From contig OY970293.1 of the NCBI GenBank assembly GCA_963716195.1, positions 408,462 to 472,461 of the forward strand: a stretch of 64,000 nucleotides of DNA. Reading direction: 5' to 3'. The position numbers and the translations under genes are program-made. Source of the stretch: an uncultured Solirubrobacterales bacterium. Its GTDB lineage: Bacteria; Actinomycetota; Thermoleophilia; Solirubrobacterales; JBBDJG01. The notes beneath the pieces are model-generated. The model saw only the letters and a list, made by a program, of their open reading frames with translations, did no database searches and had not been told where the DNA came from. Shown one piece after another: positions 9,295 to 16,804 of the stretch. Position 1 is the first letter of the stretch. Each line of letters starts with the position of its first letter.

Positions 9295-10593
9295 ATGAGG
9301 AGATTCAGTCTCTATTTTCTTGCGGTCGTCGTGGCCACACTTGGCCTCGGCGTCGCGGGTTGCGGCGACGACGATGGCGGTGGAGGAGGGGACGGAAACG
9401 TCTCGGGCAATCTGTCGATGAGCGGCGTCTGGACCGGCCAGGAGGCACGGTCGTTCAATGCCGTGCTCGACGGCTTCAAGCAGGAAAACCCGGACGTGAC
9501 CATCAAGTACAGACCGGTCGGTGACGAGATCCCGACGGTCCTGTCCACGTCCGTCCAGGGCGGCAACCCACCCGATCTCGCGGCGGTCCCGCAGCCCGGC
9601 CTCGTGCGCGACTTCGTGGACAGGAACGCGTTGAAGCCGATCGACTTCGCGAAGAGCACGATCGAGGACAACTTCAACGAGGGAGCGGTCAAGGTCGGCA
9701 CCGTCGAGGGCAAGCTCTATGGCCTGCTCTTCAAGGCGGCCAACAAGTCGACAGTCTGGTTCAACGTCCCGCTCTTCGAGCAGGCGGGCGTCAAGGCGCC
9801 GCAGGACTTCGATGCATTCCTTCGGAACGCCAAGACGCTGAGGGCGTCGGGCACCCGCGCGTACTCGATCGGCGCGTCGGACGGGTGGACGCTGACTGAC
9901 ATGTTCGAGAACATCTACCTGCGCCAGGCCGGCGCCGACAAGTACGACCAGCTCGCCGAGCACCAGATCCCCTGGACCGACCAGTCCGTCAAGGATGCGC
10001 TCAAGACGATGGCGCAGATAGTCGGCGACTCGAACAACATCGCGGGAGGAACCTCGGGCGCGCTCGAGACCGACTTCCCGCAGTCCGTCACCAACGCTTT
10101 CAAGGAGAGCCCGGATGCGGCGCAGGTGATCGAGGCCGACTTCGTGGAGAGCGTGATCACGGACTCGACACCGGCGAAGCCGGAGACGGACTTCAACGTC
10201 TTCGACTTCCCGTCGATCGATGATTCCCCGCCATCCGTGGTCGGAGGCGGCGACTCGATCATCATGTTCAAGGACACGCCTGCTGCGCAGGCCCTGATCG
10301 AGTACCTCGCCACTCCGGAGGCGGCTGAGATCTGGGCGAAGCGCGGCGGCTACTCGAGCGCCAACAAGAACGTCCCGGACAGCGCGTACGAGGATCCGCT
10401 GCTGCGGAGGACCGCGACAGCGATCGGCGACGCGGAGACGTTCCGGTTCGATCTCTCCGACCTCCAGCCGGCGAGGTTCGGCGCGACCGTCGGACAGGGT
10501 TTGTGGAAGGAGTTCCAGGACTTCCTCCGCAACCCCGACGACGTGGACGGCGCCGCGGAGGCGATGGAGCGCTCGGCGGCGAAAGCGTTCTGA
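9295..10593 (+). CDS. Extracellular solute-binding lipoprotein (carbohydrate ABC family 1)
   Basis: SD ggagaggaag. Lipobox LGVAGCGDDDGGGG. ..YRPVGDEIPTVLSTSVQGGNPPDLA..WFNVPLFEQAGV.. Confidence 0.85.
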   Translation: MRRFSLYFLAVVVATLGLGVAGCGDDDGGGGGDGNVSGNLSMSGVWTGQEARSFNAVLDGFKQENPDVTIKYRPVGDEIPTVLSTSVQGGNPPDLAAVPQPGLVRDFVDRNALKPIDFAKSTIEDNFNEGAVKVGTVEGKLYGLLFKAANKSTVWFNVPLFEQAGVKAPQDFDAFLRNAKTLRASGTRAYSIGASDGWTLTDMFENIYLRQAGADKYDQLAEHQIPWTDQSVKDALKTMAQIVGDSNNIAGGTSGALETDFPQSVTNAFKESPDAAQVIEADFVESVITDSTPAKPETDFNVFDFPSIDDSPPSVVGGGDSIIMFKDTPAAQALIEYLATPEAAEIWAKRGGYSSANKNVPDSAYEDPLLRRTATAIGDAETFRFDLSDLQPARFGATVGQGLWKEFQDFLRNPDDVDGAAEAMERSAAKAF

Positions 10594-10611
10594 CGTGGAC
10601 GCGCCGGTCCG

Positions 10612-11952
10612 ATGAGTGGAGGAGGAGCCGCGACGGCTGGGCCGGTCGCGGCTCCGCCCCCGGGCGCGGAACCCGGTTGGTGGCGTAGGAACCGCGTCGC
10701 GATCGCGTTCCTCGCCCCTGCCGCGATCCTGCTCGTTGTCTGGATCGTCTATCCGACGATCTACACGATCGTGCGCAGCTTCTTCGACCGCGACGGCTCG
10801 ACATTCATCGGGTTCGACAACTACCAGGAGCTGTTCTCCCAGGACACCCTCACGAGGGCGATCAAGAACAACGTGCTGTGGCTTGCGATCGTGCCTGCGT
10901 TCGTGACGGCGATCGGGCTGGTGTTCGCCGTCCTCCTCGAGCGCGTCCGCTGGTCCGTGGCGTTCAAGACTGTCGTCTTCATGCCGATGGCGATCTCGCT
11001 GTTCGCCGCAGGAGTGATCTGGCGCGTGATGGACGAGAAGGACCCGGACATCGGCGCGGTCAACGCCGCGATCGCCGTCATCGCCGATGAGGTCAACCCT
11101 CCGGGTGCCCTGTCGGAAGCGCAGCCCTCGAGCGACGATCTCACGGGCAGCGCGAAACAAGGACTGACATTGCGGCGACCGGTAGAGGCCGGCGATGTCG
11201 CCCACCTCGGACTCACCGGGATCCCGCCCGCGGAGGTACCAAAAGGCGCGGTCCAGGCTCGAGCACCCCCGGCTGAATCGGGCGCGATCGACGGGGTGGT
11301 CTGGCGCGACTTCAAGCCGGGCGGCGGCAAGCCCGGCGTCGTGGAGCAGGGTGAGCTCGGGCTGCCCGGCGTCACGGTCGAGCTGCACGATCGCGGCGGG
11401 GCCACCGTCGCGAAGACGGAGACGCGCGACGACGGAAGCTTCGCCTTCAACGAGGTCGAGGCCGGACCGCACCAGCTCGCGATCGGGAAGGAGACGTTCG
11501 AGGAACCCTTCGCCGGGGTGGCGTGGCTGGGAGCGAGCCTGATCACGCCCGCGATCATGCTCGCCTACATCTGGGTCTGGGCGGGCTTCGCGATGGTGGT
11601 GATCGGCGCCGGGCTGGCTGCGATTCCGCGCGACTTGCTCGAGGCGGCGCGCACCGACGGCGCGACTGAGGGACAGGTCTTTCGCCGGGTGACGGTGCCG
11701 CTCCTGCGGCCGGTGCTCGTCGTCGTCTTCGTGACGATGCTGATCAACGTGCTCAAGATCTTCGACATCGTGCTGTCGGTGGCGCCGGCGTCGAGCCAGG
11801 ACGAGGCCAACGTGATCGCGCTTGCGATGTGGCGCACCTCGTTCGGCGGCGTCAACGACTTCGGCCTCGGATCTGCGATCGCCGTGTTCCTGTTTCTGCT
11901 CGTGATCCCGATCCTGCTCCTCAACATCAGGAACTTCAGGAGGGAGGCCTGA
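10612..11952 (+). CDS. ABC sugar permease (MalF/UgpA type) with a ~140-aa insert containing an SdrD-B/CarboxypepD_reg-like beta-sandwich
   Basis: Permease core with EAARTDGATEGQVFRRVTVPLLRP (EAA loop). Insert ..GVVWRDFKPGGGKPGVVEQGELGLPGVTVELHDRGGATVAKTETRDDGSFAFNEVEAGPHQLAI.. lies at ~11080-11520. Confidence 0.85.
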   Translation: MSGGGAATAGPVAAPPPGAEPGWWRRNRVAIAFLAPAAILLVVWIVYPTIYTIVRSFFDRDGSTFIGFDNYQELFSQDTLTRAIKNNVLWLAIVPAFVTAIGLVFAVLLERVRWSVAFKTVVFMPMAISLFAAGVIWRVMDEKDPDIGAVNAAIAVIADEVNPPGALSEAQPSSDDLTGSAKQGLTLRRPVEAGDVAHLGLTGIPPAEVPKGAVQARAPPAESGAIDGVVWRDFKPGGGKPGVVEQGELGLPGVTVELHDRGGATVAKTETRDDGSFAFNEVEAGPHQLAIGKETFEEPFAGVAWLGASLITPAIMLAYIWVWAGFAMVVIGAGLAAIPRDLLEAARTDGATEGQVFRRVTVPLLRPVLVVVFVTMLINVLKIFDIVLSVAPASSQDEANVIALAMWRTSFGGVNDFGLGSAIAVFLFLLVIPILLLNIRNFRREA

Positions 11953-12791
11953 TGGCAGGTGCCGTCTCCCGAGCGCTCACCCGGGCCCCGCTCAACCTGC
12001 TGCTCGCCTTCATCGGGGTGTTGTGGCTGATACCGACGCTCGGCCTTTTCCTCGACTCCTTGCTTGCTCCGGACCAGATCGGCTCGATCGGCTGGTGGAA
12101 GATCTTCACCGAGCCGAGCATGGCCACGTTCGAGAACTACGGCAACGTGCTCGACAACGACTCGATCACGGGCGCGCTCGGAACGACCCTTCTGGTTGCC
12201 TCCTTCGGCACGGCGATCCCGATCTTCGTCGGCGCGCTTGCCGGCTACGCGTTCGCCTGGCTCGAGTTCCCGGGCCGGGACTGGCTGTTCCTGCTGGTCG
12301 TGGGACTGCTGGTGGTTCCGCTACAGATGGCGCTGATCCCGATGTTCTCTCTCTACAACGACCTTGGAATCTTCGACACCGCGCTCGCGCTGATCCTCTT
12401 CCACAGCGCGTTCGGGCTGCCGTTCGCGATCTTCCTGCTGCGGAACTTCTTCGTCGGAATCCCCAGAGACATCTTGGAGTCGGCGCGCATCGACGGCGCC
12501 TCGGAGCTGACGATCTTCCTGCGGCTGATCCTTCCCCTCGGCCTGCCGGCGATAGCGTCGCTCGCCATTTTCCAGTTCCTGTGGACCTGGAACGACTTTC
12601 TCGTGGCGCTCACGTTCGGACGCGACACGCAGGTGATCACCGTCGCGATCTTCTCCGAGTTCCGTCAGTTCGGCGCGAACCTCGAGCTGATCGCACCCGC
12701 CGCCTTCATCTCGCTGATCCTGCCGCTTGCCCTCTTCTTCGCCTTCCAGCGCTACTTCGTCGAGGGCCTCCTCGCGGGGTCGGTCAAGTGA
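11952..12791 (+). CDS. ABC sugar permease (MalG/UgpE type)
   Basis: TGATG overlap with the previous gene. ..ILESARIDGASELTIFLRLILPLGLPA.. (EAA loop), six TM segments. Confidence 0.85.
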   Translation: MAGAVSRALTRAPLNLLLAFIGVLWLIPTLGLFLDSLLAPDQIGSIGWWKIFTEPSMATFENYGNVLDNDSITGALGTTLLVASFGTAIPIFVGALAGYAFAWLEFPGRDWLFLLVVGLLVVPLQMALIPMFSLYNDLGIFDTALALILFHSAFGLPFAIFLLRNFFVGIPRDILESARIDGASELTIFLRLILPLGLPAIASLAIFQFLWTWNDFLVALTFGRDTQVITVAIFSEFRQFGANLELIAPAAFISLILPLALFFAFQRYFVEGLLAGSVK

Positions 12792-13051
12792 GGTGGAGTG
12801 CCGGAGGACTGCTTGAGGGTGGAGTGGTTCGTCTGGACACATGTTGCAGGCGTGCAACGGGGAACCCGATGCATACTCGCGGCCGGATCTGACCAGGCGA
12901 ACTCGTCGCAAGGCGGGGGCGCAAAGCCAGAGGTCTTGCTGTAGCGCAAGACGGCTCGGCCGCCGGTGGATCCTTGATCCATCGTAGGCAGGGGAGTCGC
13001 GGACCTCGTTTCGCTGGGCCCCTTGACACGGATGACCAAGGAGGTCAGTCA

Positions 13052-13555
13052 ATGTTCAGCAGCAAGTTCACCAAGAAGCGGGTGCTCACCGCGCTCGGCG
13101 TTCTCGGCGTCCTGGCGATCGCGTCCGTCGCGTTCGCATTCTGGACGACCTCGGGCTCCGGCTCGGGCTCCGCAACCGCCGGCACGGACGCCGGCGTGAG
13201 TGTTTCCGGCGATCCCTCCGACGGGATCTACCCGGGCTCGAGCGTCGCGGTGACGACCACCGTCACGAACGACAGCTCGACGCAGAGCCAGTACGTCACC
13301 AACCTGCACGTGGCGATCTCGATCGACGAGGCGCACGCAACGGCGGGCTGTGAGGCGAGCTGGTTCACCTACAAGGCCGACAGCGAGGCTTCGGGCGCGG
13401 ACTCGAACCCGCACACGGTCGCTCTGGACACCGAGCTCGCGGCCAGCGACAGCACCACGGTCGACGGACACGTGTTCATGGCCAACCCGGACACGAACCA
13501 GGACGCCTGCAAGGGCGCGACCATCGACCTCGCGTACACGGTCGACAACTCGTAG
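13052..13555 (+). CDS. Small secreted TasA/camelysin-like protein (putative major fibre subunit), gene A
   Basis: Strong SD aaggagg. Leader MFSSKFTKKRVLTALGVLGVLAIASVAFAFWTTSGSGSGSATAG. C-terminus ..NPDTNQDACKGATIDLAYTVDNS. Confidence 0.6.
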   Translation: MFSSKFTKKRVLTALGVLGVLAIASVAFAFWTTSGSGSGSATAGTDAGVSVSGDPSDGIYPGSSVAVTTTVTNDSSTQSQYVTNLHVAISIDEAHATAGCEASWFTYKADSEASGADSNPHTVALDTELAASDSTTVDGHVFMANPDTNQDACKGATIDLAYTVDNS

Positions 13556-13569
13556 CAACCCCGAGTACC

Positions 13570-13601
13570 GGAAGGGTGGCGGCTCCGGCTGCCGCCCTTC
13601 C
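13570..13601 (+). terminator. Hairpin (13-bp stem incl. 2 G-U, loop ctccgg) followed by a C/T-rich tract, after gene A
   Basis: ggaagggtggcgg-ctccgg-ctgccgcccttcc then tctccttcc. There is no clean U-run, so it is an attenuator or weak terminator at best. Confidence 0.45.
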
Positions 13602-13639
13602 TCTCCTTCCTAACCAACGACAACCCACTCACATTCGAG

Positions 13640-14764
13640 ATGAAGAGACTCCGGAAAACGACAGCGAGGAGTGCCAAGCGCAAGCTTGCGGTGGCCCTGC
13701 TCGGTGTTGCCGCCCTGTCGGGCGCCGGCGCCGTCTTCGCAGCCGGCGGAAAGCCTGATTTCTCCATCGCCGCGTCGCCCGGGTCCCAGACGGTCAGCCA
13801 GGGTGCAGCGACGACGTACACCGTGACCGTGACGAGACAGAACGGATTTTCTGGATCGGTCAGCCTCGCGATCAGCAATCTTCCAACCGGGGCGAGCGCG
13901 AGCTGGAAGCTCAGTGACGGAACGAGCTCGAGCGTCGTGCCGCCGAGCCTGAACAGCGCCACGCTGAAGATCCAGACGAGCTCGACCACCCCGAACGCGA
14001 CGTCACAGCCGGTCATCACCGCCACAAGCGGAAAGCTGTCTCACTCGATAGCGATCACGCTGGTCGTACAGCCCACCGCGCAGCCGAACTTCGCTGTCAC
14101 GGGGTCTCCGGCAAGCCAGCCGGTACCGCAGGGCGCCGACGCCTCCTACACGGTGCGGGTGAATCGCACGGGTGGTTTCAGCGAGTCGGTCGACCTGAGC
14201 GTCAGCGGACTGCCGAAGGGAGCGACCGCCTCCTGGATTCCGGGCAGCACCGTTCCCGGGACCAGCTCGGAGACGGCGCTGCAGATTCAGACCGCGAGCA
14301 ACACGCAGACGGGCACCTATGCGCTTGCGATCACCGGGACCGGCACGATCGGCGGAAGCGCCGCGTCCAGATCCTCGGCGGTGGTGTTGGACGTGCAGCG
14401 GAGCCAGAGCTTCCAGATCGAGGGCAACCTCGGCGCTCAGCTGGCCCCTGGACGGAGAGCCCCGCTCAACCTGTCGCTGACCAATCCGTACAACTTCGCT
14501 TTGACGATCACGGGACTTGCGGTCGCGGTCGAGGAGGAGACGAGCAAGACCGGCTGTAGCGGTACTCAGAACTTCGAGATCACGCAGGTGCCATCCGCGC
14601 GCTACCCGATCTCGCTGCCGGCCGGGCAGACGCGGACGCTTGCCGACCTCGGTGTGGCCGATGCCGACATGCCCCAGGTGGAGATGGTCAATCGACCCTG
14701 GAACCAGGACGCCTGCAAGGGCGCGACCATCAGCCTCGACTACAGCGGGAGCGCGGGCAAGTGA
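13640..14764 (+). CDS. Secreted multi-domain protein, gene B: two beta-sandwich domains plus a C-terminal domain paralogous to gene A
   Basis: Sec leader ..LLGVAALSGAGAVFAAGG. Duplicated ..TYTVTVTRQNGFSGSVSLAISNLPTGASASW.. / ..SYTVRVNRTGGFSESVDLSVSGLPKGATASW... C-terminus ..NRPWNQDACKGATISLDYSGSAGK. Confidence 0.6.
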   Translation: MKRLRKTTARSAKRKLAVALLGVAALSGAGAVFAAGGKPDFSIAASPGSQTVSQGAATTYTVTVTRQNGFSGSVSLAISNLPTGASASWKLSDGTSSSVVPPSLNSATLKIQTSSTTPNATSQPVITATSGKLSHSIAITLVVQPTAQPNFAVTGSPASQPVPQGADASYTVRVNRTGGFSESVDLSVSGLPKGATASWIPGSTVPGTSSETALQIQTASNTQTGTYALAITGTGTIGGSAASRSSAVVLDVQRSQSFQIEGNLGAQLAPGRRAPLNLSLTNPYNFALTITGLAVAVEEETSKTGCSGTQNFEITQVPSARYPISLPAGQTRTLADLGVADADMPQVEMVNRPWNQDACKGATISLDYSGSAGK

Positions 14765-16476
14765 CCGCGCGTCGCCTCGTCCAGATCGCTTTGCCCGTCG
14801 TAGTGATGCTGATGGTCGCCGCAAGTGCCTCGGCGCACTGGACTACCCAGGGCGCCGGGAACGCGTCCGCGAGCGTCGGCAGCTTGAACGCGCCGACCAA
14901 CGTCTCCGTACCGGCCAGCACGTCAGGCACCGTGCACGTCACCTGGAACAGCGCGACGCTCGACGACGGGCTGACGCCCGCGAGCGGCTATTACGTGACC
15001 CGGGTGAAGACAAGTGACGCGTCGACCGCGAACGCGTGCGGTACGAGCCCGTCGTCCCTGACGTCGTCCACGGCGACCTCCTGCGATGACACGACCGTTC
15101 CGGATGGGACCTATCACTACACGGTCACGGCCGTCTTTCGCTCCTGGACAGCAACGAGCGCGCCGAGCGGCAGCGTCGCAGTCGCTGCTCAGGCAACGCT
15201 CGATCATTTCGCCGTAACCACACCGGTGAGCGCCACGGCCGGCGCACCGTTCAGCGTGACGGTCACGGCCAAGGATGCGTCCAACAACACGTTCACCGGC
15301 TACACGGGAACGGTCCACTTCGAGACCGCCGATTCAGCGTCTCCCGTCCTGCCGTCGAACTACACGTTCGCGGCAGGCGACGGCGGCTCGCACACCTTTA
15401 CCAACGGCGTCACGCTCAAGACAGCCGGGAACCAGACCATTACCGTCAACGATACGGCTGAGACGTCGAAGACCGGCCAGGCCACGATCGACGTCAGCGC
15501 AGCCACGGCTCACCACTTCACGGTGACGGCCCCTGCCACGGCGACGGCGGGCACCGCGTTCAGCACGGTGACGCTGACCGCCAAGGATGCCTACAACAAC
15601 ACGGCCACCGGCTACACGGGCAACCGCACGATCAGCTGGAGCGGCGCCTCCACGAGCCCAGGCGGCAACGCCCCGAGCTATCCGACCGGCACCGTGGCGT
15701 TCGCGAACGGCGTCAGTACGACGACGCTGACGGCGACATTGTTCGCCGCAGGCTCCAACAGCCTCACCGCGACCGCGAGCTCGCCGAGCGTGACCGGCAC
15801 GGCCGCGATCAGCGTCAGCGCAGCCGCGGCCGACCACTTCACGGTGACGGCCCCGGCCACGGCGACGGCGGGCACCGCGTTTAGCACGGTGACGCTGACC
15901 GCCAAGGATGCCTACAACAACACGGCCACCGGCTACACGGGCAACCGCACGATCAGCTGGAGCGGCGCCTCCACGAGCCCAGGCGGCAACGCCCCGAGCT
16001 ATCCGACCGGGACCGTGGCGTTCGCGAACGGCGTCAGTACGACGACGCTGACGGCGACATTGTTCGCCGCAGGCTCCAACAGCCTCACCGCGACCGCGAG
16101 CTCGCCGAGCGTGACCGGCACGGCCGCGATCAGCGTCAACTCGGCCGGCGTCGTGCTCTCTTACAACCGCACCTGCCCGGTGGCGGTTCCGAAGAATTCC
16201 TCGACAGCATTCACGATCGTCGTCCCGAACGACGCCTACGGCAACTCGTTCCGGAACGCTTCGGGGATCGGGATCGGTCTCACCTTGAGCAACGGAACCA
16301 ATTTCGGCTTCGGCGCGGTCGGGACGACCACGACCACGGTCACCATCACGACCGGCCCGGCAACCAACACCTTCACCGTGGCTGAGAGCGGGGCTAACAA
16401 GACGACGAGCCTCACCGCGACCGCTCCGGCCGGCTTCACGGCGCCCGGGTCCTGCACGATCAGCGCCGGGAACTAG
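14761..16476 (+). CDS. Secreted FN3 plus Ig-like-repeat protein, gene C, with a gene-A-like leader
   Basis: GTGA overlap with gene B. Leader ..VVVMLMVAASASAHWTTQGAGNASASVG. FN3-like ..GTVHVTWNSATLDDG..GYYVTRV..YHYTVTAVFRSW. Repeated HFxVTxPxxATAGxxFxVTxTAKDxxNN..YTG.. Ig-like domains. Confidence 0.65.
   Translation: MTARRLVQIALPVVVMLMVAASASAHWTTQGAGNASASVGSLNAPTNVSVPASTSGTVHVTWNSATLDDGLTPASGYYVTRVKTSDASTANACGTSPSSLTSSTATSCDDTTVPDGTYHYTVTAVFRSWTATSAPSGSVAVAAQATLDHFAVTTPVSATAGAPFSVTVTAKDASNNTFTGYTGTVHFETADSASPVLPSNYTFAAGDGGSHTFTNGVTLKTAGNQTITVNDTAETSKTGQATIDVSAATAHHFTVTAPATATAGTAFSTVTLTAKDAYNNTATGYTGNRTISWSGASTSPGGNAPSYPTGTVAFANGVSTTTLTATLFAAGSNSLTATASSPSVTGTAAISVSAAAADHFTVTAPATATAGTAFSTVTLTAKDAYNNTATGYTGNRTISWSGASTSPGGNAPSYPTGTVAFANGVSTTTLTATLFAAGSNSLTATASSPSVTGTAAISVNSAGVVLSYNRTCPVAVPKNSSTAFTIVVPNDAYGNSFRNASGIGIGLTLSNGTNFGFGAVGTTTTTVTITTGPATNTFTVAESGANKTTSLTATAPAGFTAPGSCTISAGN
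15492..16134 (+). repeat. Near-perfect 321-bp (107-aa) tandem duplication inside gene C
   Basis: 15492-15812 vs 15813-16133: only a handful of substitutions (e.g. SAATAHHF vs SAAAADHF). Both copies encode the same Ig-like domain. Confidence 0.9.
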
Positions 16477-16499
16477 CCAAGCCTCCGCCGCCGCGCCCT

Positions 16500-16650
16500 G
16501 CCGACGCAGGTCCGCCCGAAAATCCGAGGTTTGGCTTTCGCAGTTCGGGGTGGTCTCAAGAACCACCCGAAATCCGCTGGGTCTCCGCCCACCCAGGCGG
16601 CACGTCATCTCGTAATGAAGGGGTCCCCGGTTCGAATCCGGGCGTCGGCT
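16500..16650 (+). ncRNA. 151-nt tRNA-like element (perfect 7-bp acceptor plus canonical T-arm, tRNA-Thr(CGU)-like 3' half, ~75 nt of extra helices)
   Basis: gccgacg (16500-06) is complementary to cgtcggc (16643-49). T-arm cccgg-TTCGAAT-ccggg (16626-42). Loop ctCGTaa at 16609-15. Internal perfect hairpin gggtggt-CUCAAGA-accaccc (16548-68). Confidence 0.4.
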
Positions 16651-16698
16651 TCCCTTCATCTGCGTTCCTGAAACCGAGCGGAATCGGTTTCTAAGGTC

Positions 16699-16728
16699 TT
16701 GACTTTCTCCGCATTTTGCGGATACGTT
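16699..16728 (+). promoter_or_regulatory. Candidate sigma70-type promoter for the adhesin gene
   Basis: TTGACT-N18-TACGTT in the only lower-GC stretch of the region, ~75 nt upstream of ATG 16805 (SD ggagg). An 8-bp hairpin gaaaccga/tcggtttc at 16670-16691 lies just upstream. Confidence 0.3.
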
Positions 16729-16804
16729 TGGTCAAGTAGGGATTCGTACGCAGGGGATTCGCAGGCAGGGACGTCGAAGGACGGACCCGACAACGGAGGC
16801 ACGA

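Noticed and set aside
9256-11472. 738-aa minus-strand ORF, plus similar long antisense or alternate-frame ORFs (8048-9295, 30331-31734, 32270-33829, 46591-48312, 49591-51489, 51759-53798, 58870-60954, 26748-27767 and others)
   Set aside because: These are typical GC-rich shadow ORFs: Arg/Ala/Gly/Pro/Asp-dominated with no recognisable motifs. Each is fully overlapped by an opposite-strand or other-frame ORF with clear family signatures (ABC transporter, sigma factor, MMPL, STAND, APC permease, PQQ dehydrogenase, M14, ATP-grasp).
16548-16568. Hairpin with loop CUCAAGA as a tRNA-Leu(CAA) anticodon arm or an intrinsic terminator
   Set aside because: The 7-bp stem is longer than an anticodon stem. 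The flanking distances to the acceptor and T-arm are far too long for a tRNA-Leu, and no U-tract follows. It is kept only as part of the tRNA-like element.
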